A DNA stretch of 47,267 nt, taken from contig NC_069001.1 of NCBI RefSeq assembly GCF_001194135.2, positions 20,718,231 to 20,765,497 of the forward strand, written 5' to 3'. The notes under the pieces are model-generated. The model had not been told where the DNA came from. It saw nothing but the letters and a program-made list of their open reading frames with translations, and did no database searches. Shown here piece by piece: positions 22,948 to 34,185 of the stretch. The stretch comes from Octopus bimaculoides (lineage: Eukaryota). A program made the position numbers and the translations under genes. The number at the start of each line of letters is the position of its first letter. The stretch's first letter is position 1.

Positions 22948-23057
22948 TCCCTCCTCCCATCACTTGACAACCAATGTTGATTTGTTTACATCCCTGTAAC
23001 TTAGCAGTTCAACAAAGGTGGCTGATAGAATAAGTACCCAGCTTTAAAACAAAGTAC
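22520..23057 (+). mobile_element. CORE-type tRNA SINE (OR1-like) with internal microsatellite, interrupted by a MITE and ending at a gap
   Basis: Head GGCATAGCTGTGCAGTAAGAAGTTTGCTTCCCAGCC, CORE-like GTGGCCCCTTAGGCAAGTGTCTTC, and 3' body CTTGACAACCAATGTTG...GTAACTTAGCAGTTC. Confidence 0.8.
22686..22914 (+). mobile_element. Tc1/mariner-derived MITE (229 bp)
   Basis: TA|CAGGGTTGGCCAAAAGTGCCCCAACAGTAAATCAAAA ... TTTTGATTTACTGTCAGGGGACTTTTGGGCAACCCTG|TA. The interior retains a transposase-like C-terminus, MEKCVAQEGLQFEQFS*. Confidence 0.92.
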
Positions 23058-23654
23058 NNNNNNNNNNNNNNNNNNNNAAAGTAACGAAACCAAAAGTAGA
23101 TTTAGTCTGGTGTTTCACAGTTTTTCTTTGCTCTTTGCAGTAATGTTAGATTGAAGTTCCAAAACTTTATATTTTAAAATTGGGAAGCTGTAGCATTAAT
23201 GCCTTTTCAAAGGACATTAGCCAAGAGATTGAGCTACTTTGACTCAATTTTCCAGAAGTTTCCAGATCCAGATATTATGATGCATTTATTTCTTTAAAAT
23301 ACAAAGAAGGTTTTGATTAGAATGTGAGTTTTCACATACAAGACCACACTATATAAAATAGCAAGTTGAAAAATTTTGATCAACTAAGATTATCCAAATA
23401 GTTAGTAGACAAAAACTTCCTCTAAGGTTTGTTTAAAACTTAAAGCAACAAACAAAGGAAATAAATCTGATAAAAATCAGGTGCTCAAATTGTTTAGACA
23501 ATATAAACAATGCAGATTGAAGAGAATCCAGTCTTTAAAAATAGTGAAAGCAACATGTATGTTTTGGTCTTCTTAGACTTCTTCAGCCAACATCTTTGCT
23601 TGGCTTAGGATGCTACTTTTGCCAACTGAGATGACTGGAACAGGGACAGAACGC

Positions 23655-23728
23655 ACCACTGGGAATTGAACTCATGACCTTATGATTGTGAATCGAATAC
23701 CTTAACCACTAAGCTATGTGCCTTCACC
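23655..23728 (-). mobile_element. Isolated tRNA-derived SINE head
   Basis: Reverse complement GGCACATAGCTTAGTGGTTAAGGTATTCGATTCACAATCATAAGGTCATGAGTTCAATTCCCAG; same head type as 43326. Confidence 0.6.
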
Positions 23729-25441
23729 ATAATATTGACATTACATCTATAGCAAAGTTTCTTAACTAAGAATGATCTAGTCCAGATAGCTCTGAATATG
23801 TCTGCAAAATGTTCAAACAAAACGTTTTGTTTTAATTTTTGCCAGTACAAATCATCATTGGTTTCCTCAGTTTACTGTTATATTTTATAGATAGATTTTT
23901 TTTTTGTCACTTCTCTAAGAATTTCATTAGCTTGTTGTGCTAGACTCAAATTATTTAGAGACAAAACTTCATACATGAAAGCTTACATGGAATGGTATTT
24001 TTTGACCGAAAGTGGATGACAAAATACAATTATAAAAAAAATCTGTATTGAACATGATTCCATGTTCAAGGTTCTGATATCAATGATATAGTTAAGATAA
24101 TCAAATGAAATATGTAATGAAATTTGAGATCTTTAGAAATGTTGATATTAAATGTTGATTATATAATTTTAATTAATAATAGGTGCAGCTAGAATTTTTA
24201 TTTTGAAGCAATAAAATTTTATAACTTAGTTTCATCTAATTATCAAATGTTAAATAGGAATAGTGCCTACTTGCTGTGAAGCAAAGTGACAGATGACTTC
24301 CTTGGGAGCAATATATACCAGTTGAATAAATATTTAAACACATGGTTATGTGAGCAAAGGTCTAGCATCATAGTTTTGTAGCCATTTTGTTTGAGTTTAA
24401 ATAATTTTAAAGATAATTTTATTTTTTCTTTTGTTTACATTTAAGTATTTTCTTTGCCAGTTTTGTTCAATGAACATTTTTTTATGATTTAAGGAACGGT
24501 GTCCATGGCCTTCACAAGTCTTCAGAGACTGGTGAGATTGATATGATTGATGTTGAATTTGAAATCTCTAAGTTGAGATCTACAGAAAAAAACAGAGGTG
24601 GAAAGGATATTCCAGCATGTTGACAATTCGAGGAGGAAGGTTTTGGGTACCGCACTTTATACAAGCCTGGGAGGGGCAAAACTGTATGGGTTATGATGAG
24701 CAGAGATGGATGTATACATTATTGGTATGAAACTATCTAGTTCAGAGAATTAGAACCTATTATAGTGGTACTATATTAAGCAGAGTGAAGAAGCATGTCT
24801 GTAATGTGAGTGAGCTTTTTGTGTCAGTGAGTAAGATTTGGCCATTCAATTGGATGACTTACATTGAGATGCAGGCTCAAATATTGTATGTCACCAGCAC
24901 CATCCCAGATGTGGGAAACATACTCTATCATAGATCTTTCTTCCACTTTGAAAATGCAGGAGAAGGTTAGTTTTTGAGATGCAAATTGTGTTTTGCTATG
25001 TACATGACATTACCAGAAAGGATTATGAGAGTTTATGAAGTGTAGCAATTTGGGAGTTTTAATGGCTTGTCTAAGACAAGGGAAGTTCGGCACAAATTTG
25101 TTTCTTAAGAATAAGCAGTAATCATTGCTTGTGTGCTGTTGCAGAAACTAAATTGCTATGTTCAGACTGAAAAATGTTTTTGAGGTCCTTCTTTATGGAA
25201 GCAGTGCATGTTTGATGCAAGATGCATAGGTTGCATGTGGATGATGCCTGATGGAAAAGTTAAAAAGAGGAATAATGAGTTATTTCATTTGTAAATGATG
25301 TAATAGTAAGCAGTCATTAATGTAAAATAAGTGTAAAAAGGACATATTTGAAGGGCACATTGAAGTTAATTGAGTAAAGCGGAGAGAGCTGTGTCTCTGT
25401 TACTGTAGTGGTGTGATCTAGCAGAAAGCTTTAAGTCCAAG

Positions 25442-25626
25442 AAATGATAGGTGGAGTTCATAGCAATGGTGAGTATATTGGAAAGGCTTTGTTGATTTTA
25501 AATGCAGTGACTTGTTTTTGCTAAACTTCTCTAAATGATAGGTGGAGTTCATAGCAATGGTGAGTATATTGGAAAGGCTTTGTTGATTTTAAATGCAGTG
25601 ACTTGTTTTTGCTAGACTTCTCTAAA
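25442..25626. repeat. Near-perfect tandem duplication, 2 x 91 bp
   Basis: AAATGATAGGTGGAGTTCATAGC... starts at 25442 and again at 25533. Confidence 0.95.
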
Positions 25627-25649
25627 GTAAGAGAATATTGGCTTATGAA

Positions 25650-25920
25650 AGCAAGTGGGTAGTGGTAAGAATGTCTCAGGAAAGAATTGCTGGGCAGGTA
25701 TTACAGGTAAAAGCCAACTAGCAGGAGACACAAGGGTAGGCTGTGAACAAGACGGTTGGATAACATCCACAAGCTCAGTTGGTTTCACTTGGGGATCCAG
25801 CTGGGTCAATTGGAGACAGTTGCTTCTGAGAGGATCTGATGGAAGGCATGCTTGAGGACTCTGCTCCCACAACTCTCCCAAGAATAAGTGGGTGAAGAAG
25901 ATGAGGTGAGATGAGATGAA
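25650..25920 (+). mobile_element. RTE (Expander/Rex3-like) LINE 3' end
   Basis: RMSQERIAGQVLQVKPTSRRHKGR...DNIHKLSWFHLGIQ matches the typical RMPQERLARQVLLATPTGKRPRGR...WSRLGVE tail. Confidence 0.65.
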
Positions 25921-27545
25921 AGCTATACATATGAACATTGGGGATGAACTTTCATCTTCGAGATATTGAAATTGAGAGCCATAGGTACTGACCTATGGCT
26001 CCCAATTTCAGTCTGGAAGCTTGTTCTTTTCAGGGATAGGATACACTGTGACATGTTTTCAGAGACAGGGATAGATCCCTATCCTGTAGAAACTTTAGTT
26101 AATTAAATATATATTGCCTGGACTTGGTGGCTATGATTTCAAGTGACTGGAGATGTTTTTATTGTTGGTGGTAATGTATATATAGTGGTGATATTTGTAA
26201 AGTAAAGAAAAGCTTTCTCAAGTGCATATATTGTGGAGTTGGAGCAAAGCAGGAAGAAAATGTGAGAGCTTTCTTTTCAAGAATACTTCTTGTAGATTTC
26301 TCATGGTTGAAGAGTTGTGAATAAGAGAATCTGCAAAGTTGTTAGTAATCTTCTTGGCCAGAGAGCAAGAGGTTTAGCTGCAATTTGGGAAGTAAGAGAG
26401 CTTGCAGATTGTGATGTGTGAAAACAGCTTTTATTTTTTGGATAGTAATCTTGCAGAATTTGTGGTGGCTGGTAAAAAGCCACCCAGTTATTAAAGGTGT
26501 GTGATTTTTATTAAGGGGTGTAGGTCACATTCTGTATCCATGTCAGTGGGACAGAGCTACATAGGAGCCACTTGGGAGATTTGGTGGTATGAGGTAAGTA
26601 AAGAGATATGCCTGAGAAGACAGTTTCAGTCATGTGCTTGGCTGGATTCAGAGTGACATATATGTTACCAAGAATAATTAATATAAAACTAGCAGAGCTC
26701 TGAGGTTCTGCGTAGTGGTAGTTTGCCTTGATTAGACTGGTTGGACAAATTCTTGAATCTCTTGTTTCTTTTGATTTTAAATAAAACCTTTGTGAGGAGG
26801 TCCATATTGGTATTTATAATTTCCACTTATTTTAATAGTTTAAATATTTATCAAAGTTTATATATTAATGAAGATGTGTATATCAAATACTGACATGCTG
26901 TTTATATGTGAAAATATTTGTATGTATCTAAAAAGTATATGGCTGTCAATGTGTTTAATTTGAAAATGGCTTCCTTACTGAAGATTTTTTTCAAGGATCT
27001 TTTCATTAGATATATAATTTTTTGATAACTCAATTCAAACTTACTGATTGAAAAGAAGGAATGATTGGTTGTTCTCCATCACCGACATTTTGTTGTTTTA
27101 GAGTTTCTTAAAAAAAGAAAGAAATTGAGAAATGGAAGACAAATATATATTTTTGTTGATTTTTATTTATCAATGACCTGTTTGTTAATGTCTTGTCTAG
27201 TAATGGTAATGTTTAAGTAGATTGTTATAGTCTTATGGACATTGACATAAGGTCAAAAGAAGCTTTATGTTGTGATGATAGTAGTCGGGGAATGGGTTTC
27301 ATAATATAGCAACCCTGAAAGGACTAAATATAGTAGTGAACAAATTCTCAGCAGTTTTAAAAGTTGCAGTCACATCTTTTAAATTCTAAATCCCTGGGCA
27401 ATATACTCTGCTCTTTGTTTTATATGCTTCTTTTGTATTGTGGTTCAAAGAGCTCTGATCAAAGATACGAAACAATATGTTAATAAACAAATCACTGAGA
27501 CATATTTCTAAATATTTTTTTGTTATTGTCCTTTGTTTTTTCCAG

Positions 27546-27584
27546 ATGGCTAAAAATCCAGGATATGGCATGTACCCAGGAATG
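27546..27584 (+). CDS. Host-gene exon B (39 nt, phase 0-0): MAKNPGYGMYPGM
   Basis: Strong acceptor ctttgttttttccAG and donor ATG|GTAAGG; P/G/Y composition continues into the next exon. Confidence 0.85.
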
Positions 27585-28189
27585 GTAAGGATTCATTTAT
27601 CTCTTTGTGTTGTGTTGTGTAGTGTAGTTGGCTTGGTATGCTGATGGCTACTTCTTGATTAACTCTAGTTCATTTAACACAGATTTGAAGAATTAGAGCT
27701 GAACAAACATTTGGAAGTTAATCCACAGATCCATCATTTATTGTAGATAATAGCTGCAATTCTATTTTATTTGTAATATATTTATACAGAAATAGTGCAT
27801 AATTCTGAACTTAAATTTTAGTTGTTAATCTAACTCAATTATAAATCAACTGATATACATAGGAAAACAAATAAACTCTGAATGAGCCAGTGAAGGAGTT
27901 TGGTTAGTAATGCAGCCAAATGTCCACCAACATAATGTTATTCTAAATATGAATAATCACATCATTGAGATCTTGAAGACACAAGATAATGCATGATTAA
28001 TTCAAAACAAAATGAATAAATAAGCATTACATTTGACAGAATAATCTGAATGCTAAAGAGTTAAGAAAATGGAACTGAATATAACTGAAGTCAGTACAGC
28101 TGCCATAAAAGAGTCTTTGATTTCTACCACTGCTGATGTAGATTATTCAAAGTGACTAGGCTTCCACAGTTCTCATAAGTCATTCATAT

Positions 28190-28420
28190 ACACCTAGTTT
28201 CCTTACCATTCTTTATTGTTTGATGATTGTTATCATGTCAAAGGCCTTCTCTGGGTCAATGAATGCTGGTATAGAAGTTTGCACTATGTTAAGAACTTCT
28301 TTAGCAATGGAAGAGAGCTTCAGTGGTTGCTTGTTTTGGTTAAAACCTGGACTGCATCTCATAGAAGCTAATATCTTCCTAATTAGTTGGATTGATACTC
28401 TGTTACTTTTATAACTTGGT
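28190..28420 (-). mobile_element. Degenerate LINE RT fragment (RTE-like)
   Basis: Minus strand shows remnants of the QxGF / STTDAIF / FIDLEKAFD region (GFNQKQATTEALF, ..DPEKAFD). Confidence 0.5.
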
Positions 28421-30169
28421 CCACCAATTTGATGGTTCTGTAGTTACTTTATACTAGAACATTTCCTTTTCCCCTGTAGCTCTTGCAGTCTCACTCACTT
28501 TGTTCCTTCACACCTTCAGCTTTAATTGGTCTTACATCTGCCAAGTTCTCTTCCTACCTTTCATTCTCAGCTTAAAGATGACAATATTGTGCTCTGTCAA
28601 GCCTTCATGATTATTTGACCAATGTACCATAAATAGTCAACAGTTGATGTTGACCTACCCACTGCTTTCTGGATCTGTGCATAACAAATTATCACTCCAG
28701 ATTCCTCATCAAACTCAAAAATCCTCCTACCTTCTCCCTTCCTTGCACCATGGACTCCCTTCTTTACTCCTTCCTACACATTTACTACAGTCCCTTCCTA
28801 CTACAACAATTTCCTCATCTTTCATGTTTTCTATCATTTTCTCTATCCTTCACTTTCTTCAACACTTTGAACTTATCTGAAGTATATCTTGAGATGGTAT
28901 TCACTTACAACCCTAGAACTTTTCAGTCCTCAGTTCTACTAGTATCAATTTTTCACTCAAGTCACACTCTTAATTCTACAGAAATCAAGATAGTAACACC
29001 ATGCATAAATTCTGGACACCCTTGACATATAAACTTGTACATGTCCCTTACCATTGTCTCATTACTTTCCTTCCATACACAACATATGTCCACTCTTCTT
29101 CTGATCAGTGTCACCACCACTTCCTGTTATCATTTCCATATTTCATGTCCTAATCCATGTTTCTTTAGTCTCAAACTGTTTCATATTAAGATACTTGTGT
29201 AAAGTTAATCATATCAGCCCTGAGTGATTGGAGGTAACATATGTTTGTACCTGGACTCCATCTCCAGAACACTTAAAAACAAACTTGCCTTAAATAAAAA
29301 GAAATTGAGTGAAAAATTACTCAACAGAAACACCTAAAAATTGTATTATCTAGAATTGGCAATCTGTCAATCTAGTACCATTATTACACCTCTTGTTACT
29401 TTCTTGACTTCTTTCTCAATTATCTCTTCTTACAGTTCTAGAACTGGATTACTTTCCATGAGTAATCCTTTTGCAGGACTGGCAGTCTTCCCAATGTATG
29501 AACTTTCATTTTACATAGATGTTTCTTGTGCAAGGAACACCAAACTGGTTTTAAACAGTTTGCAGGAATATTTTTGCAGGTTACACCAGGATTATTCTTC
29601 ATGTATCTGAATTATTTTTTACTACAGTCAAAATTAACACCTGGCTTTCTAGTGTGTCCGCAGGAATAACAAAGTGATATGACGGTTATAAGTTAGCATG
29701 GTTTTTTTTCTTGTGCTGATGTGCAATAATCATCAATGAGTGATAAACACCTTTCTTGGATGAATCTAATAAAATAGTTGCTGTTTGACTGGTAGTGAGC
29801 AATTGACAAGATGTTGGAAATGTAGCCCACCTACCTACTTGGCCATCTGTAGTTTTTTCTGTTTTTGTGGAGTAATTATCAAGTAATTATTTTTGTCACA
29901 AATCTCCTATGTGCATTATAGTCATGAATAAGCTGTGGTATTAAGATTTCTGATACAAACCCACCCTTTTATCATCTGGTTGCCTGTGACTACAACATTG
30001 GACCCTTGGGGGTCCTACATGTGCAATAAATTGGTTATATTTCTACAATACACAAAATATATTAATAAATTTTTCTATACAATACCTAATAATATTTAAT
30101 TATTAAAATATAAGGTCATTTTATGAAACATCAAATGGCTATAGGGATCCAGTAGAGTAAAAACAGGAA

Positions 30170-30660
30170 TCAAAGGTGTTCATAGACAAAAAATGGTTGA
30201 AAACCATTTTCCTGGACTCTGATAATTAAGCTTTTTGTCTTGTTTACATTACAAACTATTCTGGCACAGAAAATGAAAATCTCCACGTTTTGCAAGATGT
30301 TTTTACTTTTGAACTCCTTACATAAGGTTTTTGATGTCATGGCTGTTCCCATAGCACCTTGTAGAAATGTCCAAATAGCAAGAAAACAATCATAAATTTT
30401 AACTTGGTGAAAACCAGGTGTGAACATCAGTGTCATCATGTTCTTCATTCAGCCAGTAGTCTCTGTAACTTGGTTTGAATAGAAAATATTCCACGTATAG
30501 TCCAAGTCTAGTGAATATTTTCTTGTCATCTGATGATACTGTTGTAAAGTGTTTAGCATGGTAAAACTTTGGCTTCTGCTCCCAAAATTTAAGAGGCATG
30601 TAAATGTCTATACAGGCACTTCTTCCTTGCACACTACGTTTGATTCTACTCAGTGTTTCT
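30170..30660 (-). mobile_element. Possible piggyBac-like transposase remnant
   Basis: YHAKHFTTVSSDDKKIFTRLGLYVEYFLFKPSYRDYWLNEE resembles the piggyBac EIKxFxGxLxxxGxxKLPSxRDYWS motif. No TIR or TTAA was identified. Confidence 0.35.
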
Positions 30661-31830
30661 GGAACACATTTATACAATGTCATTCATGCACACATACATT
30701 GCATATCCAATGGAGCATGCTTGCTTCATTTCTTCTGCATTCAAGTCAAATGTCTCACTTTAATTCAGCATCACATTTCTAACATACGCATCATGAAATC
30801 TGCCCTTCACTCTAAGGGAAAGGGCCTTTGTTACCAGCAGTGGTAGTTGCTCCATGAGCTTGTTCTTACCTTGGTTACTATTCTTTTAAAGCAACAATCT
30901 CCTCTGTTAATTATGTGTTGTAGGTAACAAAAGTATCAACTTCTAATGAATGATCCAATTAAGAGGATTTATTTTCGGTATGTTCATAGTATAAACTACT
31001 CCAGTGCATCTGTTGCATATGAAGCTTACTTTCTCTGTTAATTTGCCTGTGTTTATTGCTTATATTGTACACTGTGTATGAAGTTTAAACCTATTCCTTT
31101 TCTGCATATCAGGCAAAGCCATTTCCATGAAGATACTGGGCTTCAGTCTTCTTTCTTATTTACTAAAATCTTACTCTAGGTTTAGTTTCCAGGCCAGGAA
31201 TGTCTTCTCTAATTCCTCTCTGGATTCAGCTGTGAGAACCAAATCACCAACATATAGGAGTTCCCATGGACAACCAATCTTAAACTCCTTTGCAATGGCC
31301 TGTAAGACTGATGAATAGAAGGGAACTGAGGGCTGAGCTTTGTTAGACTTCTACCTTCATGCTTAATTGTTCACTGAAATTGTTGACTCACATTACTGCA
31401 TTTTTGTACGTAGCTTGTATATCCTTCATATGCCATTCATCTTCGCCTAGTTTCCTCAGTGACCACCAAATTACTGAATGTGGTTCTCTATCAAATACCT
31501 TTTCCAAGTAACAAATGCTAGGCATACTGGTGGTTTACTCTTAGCCAAGTATTTCTTTTGCAGTTGCCTTTCTGGAGAGATCGTATCCATGGTACTTCCT
31601 CCAAGCACAAAGACAAACTGCATCACATCTAGGTCTATTCTGTCATGGATCAGTTGTGCTATCCCCCCCCCCTCTCTCACAACCTGATCTAGTAGTCTGA
31701 TTCCTCCCTAGTTGCTGCTCTCTAAGGCATCTTTGCCTTTGTTGCAGTTTGTAATGTTACTTCTATGCCAGTAATTGATTATAACTCATTCCTGTATAAC
31801 TTGATTAACTATCCAAGTGGTAATCTTGAA
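30660..31830 (-). mobile_element. RTE-clade LINE fragment, same family as 10800-13200
   Basis: Collinear similarity with about 11090-12150, e.g. TTCACTCTAAGGGAAAGGGCCTTTGTTACCAGCAGTGG versus TTCACTCTGAGGGAAAGGACCTTTGTTATCAGTAGTGG. Confidence 0.8.
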
Positions 31831-32168
31831 ATTCCTTTTACTCTAACATAATAAAAACAATCCATTAGACATACATAGATCTATTTGGTTATAATGAGTT
31901 CTTAAAAAGACTGAGTGGGACAGTTAAACAGAACCTGATAACAGTTAATGAGCCTGAAATTGTTGTCAGTTTGATGCGTATGACTTTTAGTGAGAACTTG
32001 AAGTTGTCTTGATTTCATTGCTTAGAAATTTAGTTTTGAAACATAAATTTCAATAAACTGAATACTTTTTTAGTTTTTATATTGTATTGGTGTAAAGAGA
32101 CTGATTATACAACATCATTGATTACTTATTATTCAGTAATTTTGATTATACACTTTATTTTTTCACAG

Positions 32169-32310
32169 AACTACCCTCCAGGTACTGGGTATCCTGCTCA
32201 TCCCCCAAATCCAGCTTATCCCCCAGGTAGTGTACCTCCCTCTGGACCAGGCTACCCTGGATCTGTGATGCCAGGATACCCCCCACAAGCAGGGTTCCCA
32301 CCAGCTCCAG
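32169..32310 (+). CDS. Host-gene exon C (142 nt, phase 0-1): NYPPGTGYPAHPPNPAYPPGSVPPSGPGYPGSVMPGYPPQAGFPPAP(G)
   Basis: Acceptor ctttatttttttcacAG, donor CAG|GTATGT, synonymously varied Pro/Gly codons, and in frame with exons A and B. Confidence 0.9.
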
Positions 32311-32530
32311 GTATGTTATATTTGTATTCACTAGGTGTTATTCTGTAAACTGCTAATATCCATAAAGATTGTGCAAGTTATGATCTTAAATACTGCTCCA
32401 GCTTACTACAGAAGACTAGGTGTTACCTCGTAAGCCAGGTAGTTCTCAAGCAAACTCTACTGGATATCACAACTGAATGCCTACAAAGGAAAAATAGAAA
32501 GTGAGTGAGTAAAGAATGAATGCACTCCTT

Positions 32531-32585
<55 letters not shown>

Positions 32586-33747
32586 ATTAAAAGACCTGAA
32601 AGGAATTGATTACTAATCTTCCATTCCATTGTTTTTTTTTTAATATATTTTTCAATTTATTGAATGTTCTGGATTTTAAATCCTATGGCAACCAGTTAAA
32701 TACAGAAAGGATGATTACAGGCAGAAAGCTAATAATGATTCACTGCTTATTTCCAACATGCCTCTCATACCTTGTATTTGGTAATCATCATGTACACCAG
32801 GTCTACTGTTACAAAGTCAACTGTATTATTAATTGAAAAAAACACCACATATTCTGGTGTGTGAATATCTAAGCTATATTCTGCCCAGATTTCCACAGGT
32901 GTTTATCTTGTGATAATTATTTACTCTGTAAGTAGTTGTCAGTTCTTGATATTGGTGAATTAACTCTTAACTCCCTGTAAAACACAGTATTCCACTTGAC
33001 TGCATCGATCATCTGATCCTTAAATACATTGATTACTGTAAAAATTGTGTTTAATTTTCTTTACAATTATTTTGATGGATGAAAGCTACTCTCTAATATA
33101 AGGGAGAAAACTCTGATCCTTTCTGTGATTCATTTTCCTCTGTTACAAAATCATTTAAGCTAGCCATCCCTAACCCATTTTTGCACTACAGACCAGTTTG
33201 ATGTAAGACTATTTTTCCATGAACCAGGCTATCACAACCTGAACAAAATCCAATACAGTGAATAATATATAATTTAATTATTACATATATAATACATATA
33301 TATCATGCAAAACACTTTGTAGACTGTAATAGTCAATAAAATAGAAATAAAAGTTTGACATTTATTTTCTGTGCAGCTTAGTACCAAATGATCGATAGCC
33401 TGGAATTTGGCTGTGGTTCAGTAGTTGGGGGGNNNNNNNNNNNNNNNNNNNNNNNNNNNNNNNNNNNNNNNNNNNNNNNNNNNNNNNNNNNNNNNNNNNN
33501 NNNNNNNNNNNNNNNNNNNNNNNNNNNNNNNNNNNNNNNNNNNNNNNNNNNNNNNNNNNNNNNNNNNNNNNNNNNNNNNNNNNNNNNNNNNNNNNNNNNN
33601 NNNNNNNNNNNNNNNNNNNNNNNNNNNNNNNNNNNNNNNNNNNNNNNNNNNNNNNNNNNNNNNNNNNNNNNNNNNNNNNNNNNNNNNNNNNNNNNNNNNN
33701 NNNNNNNNNNNNNNNNNNNNNNNNNNNNNNNNNNNNNNNNNNNNNNN

Positions 33748-33779
<32 letters not shown>

Positions 33780-33984
33780 AATAGTTTACACCTGGTAGCT
33801 TACTGGTAAAGCACGGTCACTTTCATAATGTTTATTAGGTATATGGCAAATGAAAGACGGAAGATGGAATATACCAGTTGTTGAGTGTCCCACCCAAGAG
33901 GAATTGATCCTAGATTTGTTGAAACAGTTGTTTGATTAATAATAAATTCTCGTATATTCCATTTTTCGTCATTCATTTGCTGTC

Positions 33985-34185
33985 CTCACCAACATCGCTT
34001 GACAACTGATGTTGCTGTGCTTACGTCCCAGTAACTTAGCAGTTCATCAAAAGAGAAAAAGTACTACGCTTGTAAAGAATAAGTCCTGTAGTCGATTTGT
34101 TTGGCTAAAACCCCTTAAGGTGGTGCTCCAGCATGGCCACAGTCAAATGTCTGAAACAAGTAAAAGAAGAAAGGAATAGAAGAAT
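33985..34185 (+). mobile_element. OR-type SINE 3' body/tail; further copies at 34556-34690 (+), 35438-35660 (-) and a short tail at about 47170-47215 (+)
   Basis: CTTGACAACTGATGTTG...GTAACTTAGCAGTTC...GGTGGTGCTCCAGCATGGCCACAGTCAAATGTCTGAAACAAGTAAAAGA. Confidence 0.8.

Larger units (their letters stand above)
24600..26760 (-). mobile_element. Old CR1-like (Zenon-type) LINE remnants on the minus strand, fragmented by later insertions
   Basis: Minus strand MIEYVSHIWDGAG (about 24900-24940) and a SLCLI..YYNRF.SSEL-like segment (about 24740-24800). The 5' part (26100-26760) is only weakly supported. Confidence 0.5.

Noticed and set aside
18450-26760. Oppositely oriented CR1-like copies flanking exon A as a circRNA or dsRNA driver
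   Set aside because: Both copies are too degenerate for me to show extended complementarity.
27546-32310. Calling the host gene annexin A7/A11 from the GYPP repeats and the 0-then-1 exon phases
   Set aside because: No annexin core exon is in the window, and an upstream Lys/His/poly-Ser exon joins in frame, so no gene symbol was assigned.
33163-33180. CCCTAACCC as a possible telomerase RNA template
   Set aside because: Too short, with no pseudoknot or other supporting structure.
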